53,444 nucleotides of DNA from Chloroflexota bacterium (GCA_036803245.1 DAIRUQ010000003.1:1-53444); one strand, 5' to 3'; positions 42,263 through 52,304 are shown, counted from the first letter of the stretch. Notes: generated from the sequence alone by a model not told the origin. Made by a program: numbers and translations.

Positions 42263-43567
42263 TCAGGCGGGATTGGCGAGTCCGGTGGCCTGCTCTGGCT
42301 CGGCGCGGCGGATGGCGAGCACGCACAGGAACGCCAGCGCCATGAACGCCGCCGCAAAGACAAACATTACCCGAATACTGGTGCGGTCCATGAGCCAACC
42401 CACAAACGTGGGCGAAGTGCTAGCTGCGAGCATGGAAAAGAAATAGTAGAGCCCGGTAAAGGCGCCGATTTGGCCTGGCGGTGCTAGGTCGGCCATGATG
42501 GGCAACGAGTTGATGTTGATCAGCGCCCAGGCAATGCCCGATGCGATCAGGGTAAAGGTCACGTACAGGCTGTTTCTCGTGAGCAGAAATCCCGTCCAGA
42601 CGACTACCAGGATGCCCAAGCCGGTGAGGATGGTGGGCTTGCGGCCAAAGCGCGTGGCGATAAACCCCGCCGGCAACGCAAAGACAAGGAACGCTCCCGA
42701 GAGGTAGGTGAGCATGCTTGCGGCGCGAGCGACGGCCTGGTCGGCGGTCAGCGTGCCAGCTGCGATCTGGGGGGCGAACAGCACCTCACGCCCGTACGAC
42801 GTCCAAAAGGTCTCGATGGCGTTGTAACCCATGAACCAGCAAAAGATGGCCAGACAGGTAAAGAGCGCGCTCTTGTCGGGGTTCTTGGCGACCGCCCCTA
42901 CGTTGCGGATGGTATCGCGGAGCGAGGCCAGGGCGCTGGGACGACGTGTCTGCTCCCTCTGGGAGCGGTCAGCAGGGGGCGGCTCTTTCACGCGCAGGAT
43001 TACGATCGCCTCGGCGATGATCAGCAAGACTGCCGCCAGGATAAAGGGATAGCTCTGGCCGACGGCAAAGAGCCTACCCCCGATCAGAAAGGCGATAGTG
43101 GTGCCGATCCCGCCCATCAGGTTGATGATGCCGTTCGCCTTGCTGCGGAGGGCAGGCGGGGTGATGTCGGGCATCAGTGCTACCGTGGGTGTGCGGAAAA
43201 GCGCCATGGCGACATTCATGACGATGATGACGCCCGTCAGCAGCCCCAAGGTGCTCGCGACGTGTACCATGTTCAGGTGAATGGCCGGGATGACCACGAA
43301 CAGCGCCGCGGCGATGGGAGCGCCGATCAGGATAAAGGGCCGCCTGCGCCCCAATCGCGTCCAGGTGTTGTCACTGAGCTGTCCGATATAGGGGAGCAGC
43401 GTGATGCCCAGGATGTTGTCAAAGGTCATCACAAAGCCGACCAACCACCACGGGAGGGCGTATTGCCGGAGGAACACTGGCACAAAGCTGTTATAGACCG
43501 ACCAGATGATCGAGATGCCAAAGAAGCCAAAGCCGAGAATGAGCGTCCTTTTGTAATCGAGTTTCAT
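42263..43567 (-). CDS. MFS transporter (GPH/sugar-cation symporter-like)
   Basis: 434 aa with about 12 hydrophobic segments. ...GQLSDNTWTRLGRRRPFIL... is the loop 2-3 motif. Confidence 0.85.
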   Translation of the reverse strand: MKLDYKRTLILGFGFFGISIIWSVYNSFVPVFLRQYALPWWLVGFVMTFDNILGITLLPYIGQLSDNTWTRLGRRRPFILIGAPIAAALFVVIPAIHLNMVHVASTLGLLTGVIIVMNVAMALFRTPTVALMPDITPPALRSKANGIINLMGGIGTTIAFLIGGRLFAVGQSYPFILAAVLLIIAEAIVILRVKEPPPADRSQREQTRRPSALASLRDTIRNVGAVAKNPDKSALFTCLAIFCWFMGYNAIETFWTSYGREVLFAPQIAAGTLTADQAVARAASMLTYLSGAFLVFALPAGFIATRFGRKPTILTGLGILVVVWTGFLLTRNSLYVTFTLIASGIAWALININSLPIMADLAPPGQIGAFTGLYYFFSMLAASTSPTFVGWLMDRTSIRVMFVFAAAFMALAFLCVLAIRRAEPEQATGLANPA

Positions 43568-43600
43568 CAGGTCCCCTTCCTGTTGGCGAAAGTCGGTGCA

Positions 43601-44182
43601 CTAGTCCGTCACGATGCGGTCCTTGATGTTGGCATAGATGGCATCCCCAATACCCGATACCTGAATGATCTCCTCTGGCGCTGCAAAGGGGCCATGCGTC
43701 TCACGGTGGGCCACGATGCGAGCTGCCAGGGCGGGGCCGATCCCGGGGAGCGTCTCTAGTTCGGCGGTGGTGGCCAGGTTGATGTTGACCATGCCCAGCG
43801 CTCCGGCAAAGCGCGACGCGCCCGACACGGGGGTCGGCTCTGGCGGAGCTGACGTGCCACGGAAGGGGATATAGACACGGGCGCCGTCCTGACACCGGTC
43901 GGCCAGGTTGACGCCATCGGCGTCGGCGTCGGGGTGTAGGCCCCCAGCGGCCTCAATGCCGTCGATGACACGACTATCTCGGGGTAGCTCGTAGACGCCT
44001 GGCTCGAGCACGGCGCCCGCCATATGCACACGCAGCGGTGCGGGGGTCTCGGTGGGCTGGGGCGACGGCAGAGTCAGCTGGATCGGCTCGGGGCCGACGG
44101 CGGCGCAGCCCGACAGCAAGCCCAGGCATACGACGATGATCGTCCAGAGTCGTAACGAACGGAGACGCGCCATCAGGATCAC
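43601..44182 (-). CDS. comEA: ComEA-family DNA-binding protein (probable lipoprotein)
   Basis: Lipobox LLSGC in the signal peptide. SLBB-like middle region. C-terminal tandem HhH (INLATTAELETLPGIGPALAARIV...VSGIGDAIYANI). The start is either GTG at 44182 or ATG at 44173. Confidence 0.88.
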   Translation of the reverse strand: MILMARLRSLRLWTIIVVCLGLLSGCAAVGPEPIQLTLPSPQPTETPAPLRVHMAGAVLEPGVYELPRDSRVIDGIEAAGGLHPDADADGVNLADRCQDGARVYIPFRGTSAPPEPTPVSGASRFAGALGMVNINLATTAELETLPGIGPALAARIVAHRETHGPFAAPEEIIQVSGIGDAIYANIKDRIVTD

Positions 44183-44345
44183 CTTGTTGCTCGATCACAT
44201 GGCGTGGGACGGGTAACGGCGTCTCTGGGCCATGGCCGCGTGGAGACGGCAGCATGGTAGCAGGGAGCCGTGTGGGAGGCAAGGGCTAGCGATGCGCTTG
44301 GGGAACGCAAAGAGGCGACCCGCTGCGCGAGCCGCCTCTCTCTAG

Positions 44346-44428
44346 TGCCCCCGACTGGACTCGAACCAGCACGTCCATACGGACACAGGCCCTCAACCTG
44401 CTGTGTATGCCAATTCCACCACGGGGGC
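44346..44428 (-). tRNA. tRNA-Leu (anticodon GAG), long variable arm
   Basis: Minus strand: GCCCCCG-TG-GTGGAATTGGCATACAC-A-GCAGG-TTGAGGG-CCTGT-GTCCGTATGGACGT-GCTGG-TTCGAGT-CCAGT-CGGGGGC-A. Confidence 0.88.
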
Positions 44429-44525
44429 AGGCGAGGGACATTCTAGCCACAGCACGCGGGTTTGTCAACCTACCCTTGCGTACACTAGAATGGCTCCGTG
44501 GCGTCTAGCGAACAAGGAGGCGGGG

Positions 44526-45527
44526 ATGCGGATCATCGTGGATGCCATGGGCAGCGACAATGCGCCAGCGCCCGACGTGGAGGGCGCGATCCGCGCGGCC
44601 CGTCGCTTTGGCTGCGGGGTGATCCTGGTCGGGCGCGAGGATCCTGTGCGGGCAGAGTTGGCCAAGCATGACGTCGCGGGGCTCTCGGTGGAGTTGGTCC
44701 ACGCCGAAGATGTCGTCGAGATGCACGAGCATCCCGCCCAGGCGGTTCGCCAGAAGGACGATGCGTCGGTGGTCGTGGGCATGCGCCTCTTGCGTGATGG
44801 CGAGGGCGATGCCTTTGTCTCGGCGGGCAACTCGGGCGGGGTGTTAGCCAGCGCGCTGGTCGGAGCGGGGCGGATCGGTCGGATCAAGGGAATTCAGCGG
44901 CCTGCCATCTCGACGGTGTTGCCGCACTTGCACGGGCATTCGTTCATGCTGGATATCGGAGCTAATGCCGATGCCAAACCTGAATGGTTGGTGCAGTTTG
45001 GCATCATGGGCGCGATCTATGCCGAGCGCGTGCTGGGCATAACCAACCCGCGGGTCGGCTTGCTCTCCAACGGCGAGGAGGACACCAAGGGGAACGCCGT
45101 GGTCCAAGAGGCACATGGCCTCTTGCGCGAGACCGATCTGAACTTTTGCGGCAACGTCGAGGGCAAGGACATCACCCAGGGCAAGGCGGACGTAATCGTA
45201 TCCGATGGCTTTGCGGGGAATGTGGCCATCAAGACGGCCGAGGGTACCGCGTCCATGATCCTCACCATTCTCAAGCGTGAGATCAAGGCGCGTCCTCTGG
45301 CCAGCCTAGGGGCGCTCCTAGCCAAGCCCGCCTTCAAGGTCGCCGCCAGCACGCTGGACTATCGCGAGTATGGCGGGGGGCCGCTGCTGGGCGTGGATGG
45401 CGTGGTCATTATCGCCCACGGCCGCTCGGACGCGCTTGCCATGGAGAACGCCGTTCGCGTGGCTGTCGAAGCGGCTGAGCGTGACGTGGTAGCGACGATT
45501 CGCCAATATGTCGGCAGCGACCGCTAG
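44526..45527 (+). CDS. plsX: phosphate acyltransferase PlsX
   Basis: From the ATG at 44526 after AAGGAGG: MRIIVDAMGSDNAPAPDVEGA...SAGNSGG...GFAGNVAIKT. The ORF-track start at 44403 lies inside the tRNA-Leu gene and is rejected. Confidence 0.94.
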   Translation: MRIIVDAMGSDNAPAPDVEGAIRAARRFGCGVILVGREDPVRAELAKHDVAGLSVELVHAEDVVEMHEHPAQAVRQKDDASVVVGMRLLRDGEGDAFVSAGNSGGVLASALVGAGRIGRIKGIQRPAISTVLPHLHGHSFMLDIGANADAKPEWLVQFGIMGAIYAERVLGITNPRVGLLSNGEEDTKGNAVVQEAHGLLRETDLNFCGNVEGKDITQGKADVIVSDGFAGNVAIKTAEGTASMILTILKREIKARPLASLGALLAKPAFKVAASTLDYREYGGGPLLGVDGVVIIAHGRSDALAMENAVRVAVEAAERDVVATIRQYVGSDR

Positions 45528-45550
45528 CGCCGAGCAAGGACGGTAACACT

Positions 45551-46246
45551 ATGGAAGCATTCATCAACGATTCCTTTCTCAAACGACGGCGCAAGCTGGC
45601 CTCCTGGTCGACCTATGTGGCTATCGGTGCGCTGGTCTTGGGCCTGATCATGTCCACGCGGCAGCTAGCCGTCTCCTATGCGTTGCTGCTGGTGGGCATG
45701 CTGGGGGCTACGGTCGGCTCGCAGCTTACCGCCGCCTATGTGCGCGAGCCCCGCGCCGATTCGGTGTTAGCCGAGTCGCTCTCTGGCATGGACAAGCGTT
45801 TCTCGCTCTACTGCTACTATTTGCCCAGCCACCATGTGGTAGCCTCACACCACGGGATGACGGTGCTGATGCCCCGCGCCCAAAAGGGCGAGGTCGCCTA
45901 CGAGAGGGGCAAATGGCGCCACAAGGCGGGTGCGCGCAAACTCATGCAGCTCTTTGGCGAGCCTGCGCTGGGACGCCCCGACCTGGATGCGCAGCAAGAG
46001 GCCAAGTGGGTGGCGGAGTGGGTTCAGAAGGCCCTACCCGAGCTTGAGGTGCCCATCTCGTCGGTGATCGTCTTTACCGATCCCGACGTGACCCTGTTCC
46101 CTGGCGACTCGCCCGTCCCCGCGGTCAAGGTGGCCGATCTCCCCGCGTTCCTGCGTGAGGGGCTAAAGGAGCTGCCCACGCTGCCCACGGCGTCGCAGAA
46201 AGAGCTGCGCCGCACGCTCGAGGCCGTCGTGCAGGCCGATGCCTAA
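45551..46246 (+). CDS. membrane protein, possibly NERD-like (tentative)
   Basis: Two N-terminal TM helices, then ...YYLPSHHVVASHHGMTVLMPRAQKGEV..., which resembles the NERD core (DHxxI..GIFVIE.K). Weak, by eye only. Confidence 0.45.
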   Translation: MEAFINDSFLKRRRKLASWSTYVAIGALVLGLIMSTRQLAVSYALLLVGMLGATVGSQLTAAYVREPRADSVLAESLSGMDKRFSLYCYYLPSHHVVASHHGMTVLMPRAQKGEVAYERGKWRHKAGARKLMQLFGEPALGRPDLDAQQEAKWVAEWVQKALPELEVPISSVIVFTDPDVTLFPGDSPVPAVKVADLPAFLREGLKELPTLPTASQKELRRTLEAVVQADA

Positions 46247-48617
46247 GCAGAGACCCAGCGGCTCTCGTTGGCCAGCGGTGTTGATGGTGCTGGCCTCCGC
46301 GGCCGCCCGCGTGTATCGCCTGGGCGACGCCAACGTCTGGTGGGATGAAGCGCTGGCCATTTGGGCGGTGCGCAAAGGCCTGGCGGGCGCGACTGCCTGG
46401 ACGGCCGCCGACGTACATCCTCCGCTCTACTTTTGGTCGCTATGGGGCTGGGTGCAGCTCTTTGGCGAGAGCGAGCTGGCCTCTCGGCTCCTATCCGTCG
46501 TCTTTGGCGTCCTCACGGTCCTGGTGGTGTATCGCCTAGGTCGGCGGCTGGGTGGGGAACGGCTGGGCCTCTTGGCGGGCTGGTTGACGGGGCTGGCCCG
46601 CTTTCACGTTTGGTGGTCGCAAGAGCTGCGCATGTACGTGCTGGCGGGGCTCTTGGGGATGCTGTCGCTCTACCACTTTCTCGGTTGGCTCCACCGCGAA
46701 GGCGCGGCGCGCGGGTTCGATCGAGCGGGGTGGTGGCATCTGGGCGGCGCCGCCCTGGCCGCACTGGGGGCGCTCTATAGCGTGCTGATCATGGCTGGCA
46801 TGCTGCTCGTGGAGAACCTGGTGGCCGTGGCCTATCTGCTGTGGGGCGGCGTCCGCGCGCGGTGGCGGACACTGGGGCGATGGGCCATCGCGCAGGTCGC
46901 CGTGGGGCTGGGGTTGGGGATCTGGCTTCTCTACAGCTGGGGCGCCATGTCCACTTGGTCGGTGGCCCAGCCCTTTGGCTGGATGCGGGCCGCGCGACTG
47001 TATGCCACGCTGCTCACCACGGGCATCTCGGTGGAGATCGAGCGGTACACTTGGCAGGTCGCGCTGCCGTTGGTGATGCTGGCGGCGGGCGCGTGGGTCG
47101 GATGGCGCCGCTGGCGCGAGCGGGGCCGTCCGCGGGCCGAGGCGTGGGATCTGCTCACGTTGGCTCTGGCGGCCCTCGTGCCGCCGCTGCTGGTGTACCT
47201 GGCCACCCTGCCTCGCGCTATGTTCTACACGCCCATGCTAGAGGCCCGTTACCTGGTCGCCTTTGCGCCAGCTTTTTGGCTGCTTCTGGCGTGGGCGCTG
47301 GATGCGCTGGTGGAGCGCTGGCGCGCCGTGGGCTGGGCCTGCATCGCTGCGGTGGCCGCCGTCTGGCTGATGGTGTTGCCAGGTCACTATACCACGCGCT
47401 TTCTCACCGATGAGCTGCAGTCGATGGTGCGGACCATCGCCAGCCAAACTCAAGACGGCGATCTGGTCCTGCTGAACTCGGGGACTCGCTACCCCATCTG
47501 GAGCTACTACTATGATGGATTGACGTGGCCGAGCCACAAGCCCGAGGTGGTGCTGGTAGGCTCAGACAGCCAAGTTATCACCCAAGAGCGCATGGTCAAC
47601 GAGCTCTCCTGTGCCATCGGCGATGCGGAACGAGTCTGGATGGCAGAGGTGGACATCGGCCTCACAGATCCGGAGCGAGTGGTGGCGACATGGCTCAGTC
47701 AGCACTATGTCCAGGTCCAGGCGCTGGGCTTCGGGCCGAACACCTTACGCCTGTACGATGTCGAAGGAGAACTGCCCAGTCTCGTGGCCGACTATGCGCC
47801 CGAGTACCCTGTGCCGTGCCAAGGGCCGGGCTATGCGCTGCAGGGCGTCGATCTTCCCGTCAGCAAGGTGCTGGCGGGTGAGAGGCTGCACGTGGGGCTG
47901 CTATGGGATCGAGCGCCCGCTGAGGCCCGGCTGCTCTTGCGCCACGCCAGCGGGCAGATCGTGGCGGCGCGCTTGCTCCAGAGCGAAAGAGCACCTCGCG
48001 CCTGGCGACAGCAGATCGAGCTGGCGATCCCGGACGAGACGCCGCAGGAGGCGTATGGCCTACTCCTCGAGCTCCCAGACGGCCAGACCTGCCAACTGCG
48101 CGATGTGGCGGTGGTCGGCGATCGGCAGCTAGGGCTCCTAGCCGAGCCGAGTGACAGGATAGAGGCGTCACTGGGTGACGTAGCGCAGCTACGCGGGGTT
48201 ACGGTGCACCACCCGCAATGGACTCGAGAACCACGGGGCGAGGTAACGGTGAGGGCCGGGGCCACGCTGGTGCTGGACCTGTACTGGGCCGCCGAGGGCC
48301 GGAGCGAGACGGCCTATACCGTGTTCGCGCAGCTTCTGGGAGAGGCCCATAATCCCCGCACCCGAGGGCCCGTGTGGGGCCAGCATGACAGCGGCCCCTC
48401 TGGCTATGCCGCGCCAACCACCGACTGGCGTGCGGGAGACTTTATTCTGGATCGCCACCTGATCGAGGTTGAGGCGGATGCGCCGGAGGGCATCTATCAG
48501 CTCCAGGTGGGGATGTACGATCCGAGCACGGGGGCGCGGCTGTCCGTGACCGATGCTGAGGGCGTGGCGTTGGGGGACCGCGTGCTGCTCCCCGTGACGG
48601 TGCGAGTCAGGCGGTAG
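46239..48617 (+). CDS. GT39/GT83-like (ArnT/PMT-type) membrane glycosyltransferase with a large C-terminal extracytoplasmic domain
   Basis: YRLGDANVWWDEALAIWAV...DVHPPLYFWSLWGW...SRLLSVVFGVLTVLVVYRLGRRL. Many TM segments. 8-nt overlap with the upstream gene. Confidence 0.8.
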   Translation: MPKQRPSGSRWPAVLMVLASAAARVYRLGDANVWWDEALAIWAVRKGLAGATAWTAADVHPPLYFWSLWGWVQLFGESELASRLLSVVFGVLTVLVVYRLGRRLGGERLGLLAGWLTGLARFHVWWSQELRMYVLAGLLGMLSLYHFLGWLHREGAARGFDRAGWWHLGGAALAALGALYSVLIMAGMLLVENLVAVAYLLWGGVRARWRTLGRWAIAQVAVGLGLGIWLLYSWGAMSTWSVAQPFGWMRAARLYATLLTTGISVEIERYTWQVALPLVMLAAGAWVGWRRWRERGRPRAEAWDLLTLALAALVPPLLVYLATLPRAMFYTPMLEARYLVAFAPAFWLLLAWALDALVERWRAVGWACIAAVAAVWLMVLPGHYTTRFLTDELQSMVRTIASQTQDGDLVLLNSGTRYPIWSYYYDGLTWPSHKPEVVLVGSDSQVITQERMVNELSCAIGDAERVWMAEVDIGLTDPERVVATWLSQHYVQVQALGFGPNTLRLYDVEGELPSLVADYAPEYPVPCQGPGYALQGVDLPVSKVLAGERLHVGLLWDRAPAEARLLLRHASGQIVAARLLQSERAPRAWRQQIELAIPDETPQEAYGLLLELPDGQTCQLRDVAVVGDRQLGLLAEPSDRIEASLGDVAQLRGVTVHHPQWTREPRGEVTVRAGATLVLDLYWAAEGRSETAYTVFAQLLGEAHNPRTRGPVWGQHDSGPSGYAAPTTDWRAGDFILDRHLIEVEADAPEGIYQLQVGMYDPSTGARLSVTDAEGVALGDRVLLPVTVRVRR

Positions 48618-49146
48618 AGTGGCCGGCTGCCGAAGGGATGTATGGGCGCCACGCATCGCTTCGGGCTGCCTGATCGAGCATCACCATGGCCAGGTAGCGT
48701 GGCTCTTTGGGCTCGGTTCGCAGTGCCATGCCGGCCTCGCGCGGCGTGCGGGCGCCCTTGGCTTGGTTACAGCGACCGCAAGCGCAGACCAGATTCTCCC
48801 ACGAGCTGCCGCCGCCGCGTACTTTGGGGACTACGTGGTCGATGGTGAGCTGAGACCGTGGTGGGGTGGCGCCACAATACTGGCAGGCAAAGCCGTCTCG
48901 CAGCATGATGGTGTGACGGCTGAGGGGAATCCGCATCGGCCGTGGAATCCTCACATAGTAGACCAGGCGGATGACCGAGGGCGCAGGCAATGACATGCGC
49001 GACGAGCGGATGCGTTGCTCGGTGGCCTCAAGCAGCTCTGCCTTGTCCTTTAGCAGGAGCACGAGCGCGCGACGGACGCTAATCACGTTGAGGGGCTCAT
49101 AGGTGGCGTTCAAAACGAGGACGGATCCCATGCGGTGCTCCACCAT
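48607..49146 (-). CDS. HNH endonuclease-family protein
   Basis: CQYCGA...LTIDHVVPKVRGGGSSWENLVCACGRCNQAKG. The start is ATG at 49146 or 49131. Confidence 0.88.
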   Translation of the reverse strand: MVEHRMGSVLVLNATYEPLNVISVRRALVLLLKDKAELLEATEQRIRSSRMSLPAPSVIRLVYYVRIPRPMRIPLSRHTIMLRDGFACQYCGATPPRSQLTIDHVVPKVRGGGSSWENLVCACGRCNQAKGARTPREAGMALRTEPKEPRYLAMVMLDQAARSDAWRPYIPSAAGHSTA

Positions 49147-49220
49147 GTGCAGGGTTCTGGTTGCCAGAGCACAGACTCTGACACATTATAGAAGCCGTCT
49201 GCCGTGGCGTCAACGCAGTT

Positions 49221-49874
49221 TTGCGGCGCTCATTGGGGTGGATTGTGGACAGCGCTGAGGGTACCAACCTGCGCGAGGCCTTGTGGAGAGAGCGGTTCCA
49301 CGCCGAGCCCACCTGTGTGGATCGCTCGCCCCAAGAGGTGCGCAATCAGATGGAGACGGTGTGGGATCCCGGCCGCCTCTTGCTGGCACAGCTGGCGTCG
49401 CTGCCGCCGGGCTTGATCGCGTTCTGGCTGAGCGTCCCGCGGGGGCACGTGATCTTTACCCACGAACCATCGCGCTATGTGCCGGGCGTGCAGCGGTGGG
49501 GCGTGCGGATGTGGGAGGCGGTCTGCTATCTACGCGTCGCCGATCTGCTGGAGGATGGCCAGGCCGCGTTCCTTGTGCTCGCAGAGTTCTACGACCATCT
49601 GCTCGGAAGTGGCGCTGCGCTCGATGGGGGGCGTTTCTCGGAAGGACACGGGGCGCGGCCTCCTCTGGTCGAGGCGGCCCAACGCTATGTGCGTGCCGAG
49701 GCGTTGGGGTACGGCCACCAGGAGCTGGGGGCCACGTCGCCCGGCGACTACTTCTGCGTGTGCCTGTGGCTCTACCTGCACGACGAGCGCCGGCTCAATG
49801 TGCTCGATCCCCAGACCCATCGGCTGCTTGCCAACACCCTCTTTAGCGCGCGTTTCTGGGCCGAGGTCAACTAG
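49221..49874 (+). CDS. hypothetical protein (no domain recognised)
   Basis: Long ORF, Trp-rich. The start is uncertain: TTG at 49221, or ATG at 49350 preceded by AAGAGGTG. 4-nt convergent overlap with rimO. Confidence 0.5.
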   Translation: MRRSLGWIVDSAEGTNLREALWRERFHAEPTCVDRSPQEVRNQMETVWDPGRLLLAQLASLPPGLIAFWLSVPRGHVIFTHEPSRYVPGVQRWGVRMWEAVCYLRVADLLEDGQAAFLVLAEFYDHLLGSGAALDGGRFSEGHGARPPLVEAAQRYVRAEALGYGHQELGATSPGDYFCVCLWLYLHDERRLNVLDPQTHRLLANTLFSARFWAEVN

Positions 49875-51184
49875 ACCAGACGCCCCACCAGATCATACTC
49901 CTCGGCGCCGATGATCTCGACCTGGTAAAAGCGTCCGACGGTCAGCTCTTCCTCGATGAGCACCAGGCCATCCACCTCGGGCGCGTCTCGGTAAGAGCGC
50001 CCCACAGAGATGCCGTCTCCCACCCCCTCGATCAGCACGGCCATCTGCCAGCCGACCTGCTCCTGGTTGCACGCCAGCGATATCTCTTGCTGGAGCCGCA
50101 TGGCGCGGTCGTACCGCTCCGCGATCACTTCTGGCGGGACCTGATCGGGCAAGGTGGCGGCATAGGTGTCCGGCTCCAGGGAGAACGCGAACACGCCCAC
50201 CTTGTCCAGGGCGATCTCTTCCATGAACGCCAACAGCGCCTCGAACTCGGCCTCCGTCTCGCCCGGATAGCCCACGATAAAGGTGGAACGGAGCGAGATG
50301 TCGGGCATGGCGTCGCGCAGGGAGGCGATGATGTCGCGAACATGGTCCAGGTCATGGGGGCGGCGCATGCGCCGCAGCACGTCTGGATGACCATGCTGCA
50401 GGGGCATGTCCAGATAGTGGCAGACAGGCGTCAATGCTGCCATGGCGCTGACTAGGCGTGGAGTAATATGCTGCGGATAAGCGTACATGATGCGCATCCA
50501 GGGCATGTCCGGCACCGCCTTGGCTACGCGGCGCAAGAGATTGGGCAGCCCGTCGCGCTGGCCTAGATCGCGCCCGTAGGCGGTGGTGTCCTGCGCGATG
50601 AGCACTAGCTCGAGCACGCCCTGCTCATCCAGCTCACGGGCCTCACGAACAATGTCCTGGGGCGTCTTGCTGCGCTGTGGCCCTTTGATCAGCGGGATGG
50701 TGCAATAGCCGCAGGCTGCATCGCACCCATCAGCGATCTTGAGATAGGCGGTGGCGCCCATGGTAGCCTGCCTTGGCAAGGACGTGACAATCCTGCCGGC
50801 CTCCTCCAGGTGAGTGGGACGCTGGCCGGGCTTGGCTCCTTGCTCGAGCTGCCGGAAAAGGTCGACGATCTCGGGCCAGTTCTGGGTGCCGATCAGCGCG
50901 TCAACGCCGGGCACGCTCGTGAGGATCTCGCCGTGGTAGCGTTGGGGCATGCAGCCAGCCGCCACCAGGAGCTGCCCCGCGCCCTTGGTCTGGGCCAGTT
51001 CCTGTAGCACCTGCGTTGACTCGGCCCGGGCCGTCCCGATGAATCCGCAGGTGTTGACGATGACAACATCGGCCTGGTCGGGCTCTTTGGCCTGGCTGTG
51101 CCCCTCGCTCTCCAGGAGCGTGGCCATCATCTCGGAATCCACCTGATTCTTGGGGCAGCCCAGAGTCTCTATGTAGAAACGCAT
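49871..51184 (-). CDS. rimO: radical-SAM methylthiotransferase, RimO-like (ribosomal protein S12)
   Basis: MRFYIETLGCPKNQVDSE..., radical SAM CDAACGYC, C-terminal TRAM domain. Size (437 aa) fits RimO better than MiaB. Confidence 0.85.
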   Translation of the reverse strand: MRFYIETLGCPKNQVDSEMMATLLESEGHSQAKEPDQADVVIVNTCGFIGTARAESTQVLQELAQTKGAGQLLVAAGCMPQRYHGEILTSVPGVDALIGTQNWPEIVDLFRQLEQGAKPGQRPTHLEEAGRIVTSLPRQATMGATAYLKIADGCDAACGYCTIPLIKGPQRSKTPQDIVREARELDEQGVLELVLIAQDTTAYGRDLGQRDGLPNLLRRVAKAVPDMPWMRIMYAYPQHITPRLVSAMAALTPVCHYLDMPLQHGHPDVLRRMRRPHDLDHVRDIIASLRDAMPDISLRSTFIVGYPGETEAEFEALLAFMEEIALDKVGVFAFSLEPDTYAATLPDQVPPEVIAERYDRAMRLQQEISLACNQEQVGWQMAVLIEGVGDGISVGRSYRDAPEVDGLVLIEEELTVGRFYQVEIIGAEEYDLVGRLV

Positions 51185-51243
51185 GGATAGCTCCTCGCAA
51201 AGGCTGGGGGTGGGCAGAGGTTAGTAGGGACAGAGCGAAAGGC

Positions 51244-52149
51244 CTAGGAAGGCTCGGCGGGCCCGTACACGGCGTTCACCACCTCGCCCTCATCGCCGAG
51301 GTAGCCCAGTTCCTCGCCGTTGACGGTCAGGGAGGCGCCTCCGGCGTTGCCGATGATCAGCTCGATCGACTCTTGGCCTGACCAGGCCTGGTCGTCACCG
51401 ACCTCCAGCAGGTCGGCCAGCACGACCTCGCCGTCTACCGTCACCTGGACCCAAGTGCGGGCGTCCACGCGCAGCGCCACCTCCACCGGCTCGCCCTGAG
51501 GGGCGGCGGCAGTGAGCGTGGCGGTGGGCGTTCTGCCGGGCGCCAGGGTGGCCGGAATACGGATGGTGGCCAAAGGTGTTGGCTCTTGGGTGGCCGTGGC
51601 CTCGGGCTCGAGTTCGACGATGGCCGTGGGCGTGTCCGTCGGTTCGATGCGTTCAGGCGCGGGTGTGGACACGGTAGGTGACGCCGTGGGGGTGGGCGTA
51701 TGCGACGCCAAGGCCATGCGAAACGGCGTCAGCGGGTCCATCCGCAGATAGTAGGTGCTCACCAGCCACCACACGAGAGCAGCGATCACCAAGGCCGCCA
51801 CCAGGCCCAACAGCACGCGCACCCAGATGCGGGATTCGGCCAGTGGGTGACGCAGAGGCTCATCGAGGATCTGCTGCGAGCTGATCGGAGGTTCTTGAGG
51901 TTGAGCGGGGAGCAACGCAAGCAGCGGGGCCGCGTCGAGCCCGAGAACTCCTGCGTAGCCGCGGACAAAACCGCGGACATACACGAGCTCTGGAAGCCGC
52001 GCAAAGTCCTCATGCTCGAGGGCGTCCAAGAGGGCAGTACGGATGTGCGTGCGCTTTTCCACATCCGCTAACGAGAGCCCCTGTTCCTCCCGGGCCTGGC
52101 GCAGTCGCTCGCCTAGTTCGCCCAATCCGCATCTCTCCCTAGCAACCAT
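51244..52149 (-). CDS. rodZ: RodZ-like cytoskeleton protein (HTH, TM, PT-rich linker, DUF4115)
   Basis: From the ATG at 52147-52149: ...LGERLRQAREEQGLSLADVEKRTHIRTALLDALEHEDF...VYVRGFVRGYA, one TM helix, a PT-rich spacer, and a C-terminal beta domain. Confidence 0.82.
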   Translation of the reverse strand: MVARERCGLGELGERLRQAREEQGLSLADVEKRTHIRTALLDALEHEDFARLPELVYVRGFVRGYAGVLGLDAAPLLALLPAQPQEPPISSQQILDEPLRHPLAESRIWVRVLLGLVAALVIAALVWWLVSTYYLRMDPLTPFRMALASHTPTPTASPTVSTPAPERIEPTDTPTAIVELEPEATATQEPTPLATIRIPATLAPGRTPTATLTAAAPQGEPVEVALRVDARTWVQVTVDGEVVLADLLEVGDDQAWSGQESIELIIGNAGGASLTVNGEELGYLGDEGEVVNAVYGPAEPS

Positions 52150-52275
52150 GCATGGGCGACTATACAAGGGGGGGTGATGGGTGTCAAAGCGATGGCGTCG
52201 CACGATGTGGTCGTCCTACGCGAGATGGCGGCAACGCGCGTGGGGCGGCCTACCGTCCGAAACGATGCGAGCTGG

Positions 52276-52304
52276 TTTCGCGGCGGCCTGGGGCGTGCTA
52301 TAAT
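52276..52304 (+). promoter_or_regulatory. extended -10 promoter for proB (TGcTATAAT)
   Basis: TATAAT at 52299-52304 preceded by TGC. The -35 (TTTCGC) is weak. Confidence 0.4.

Noticed and set aside
36713-44428. The two tRNA genes as possible integration sites for a genomic island
   Set aside because: No integrase, direct repeats of tRNA 3' ends, or foreign-looking composition is visible nearby. Flanking genes are housekeeping (thrS, plsX, comEA).
44403-44525. Upstream extension of the plsX ORF
   Set aside because: It would begin inside the minus-strand tRNA-Leu gene. The ATG at 44526 has an AAGGAGG RBS and gives the canonical MRIIVDAMGSD N-terminus.
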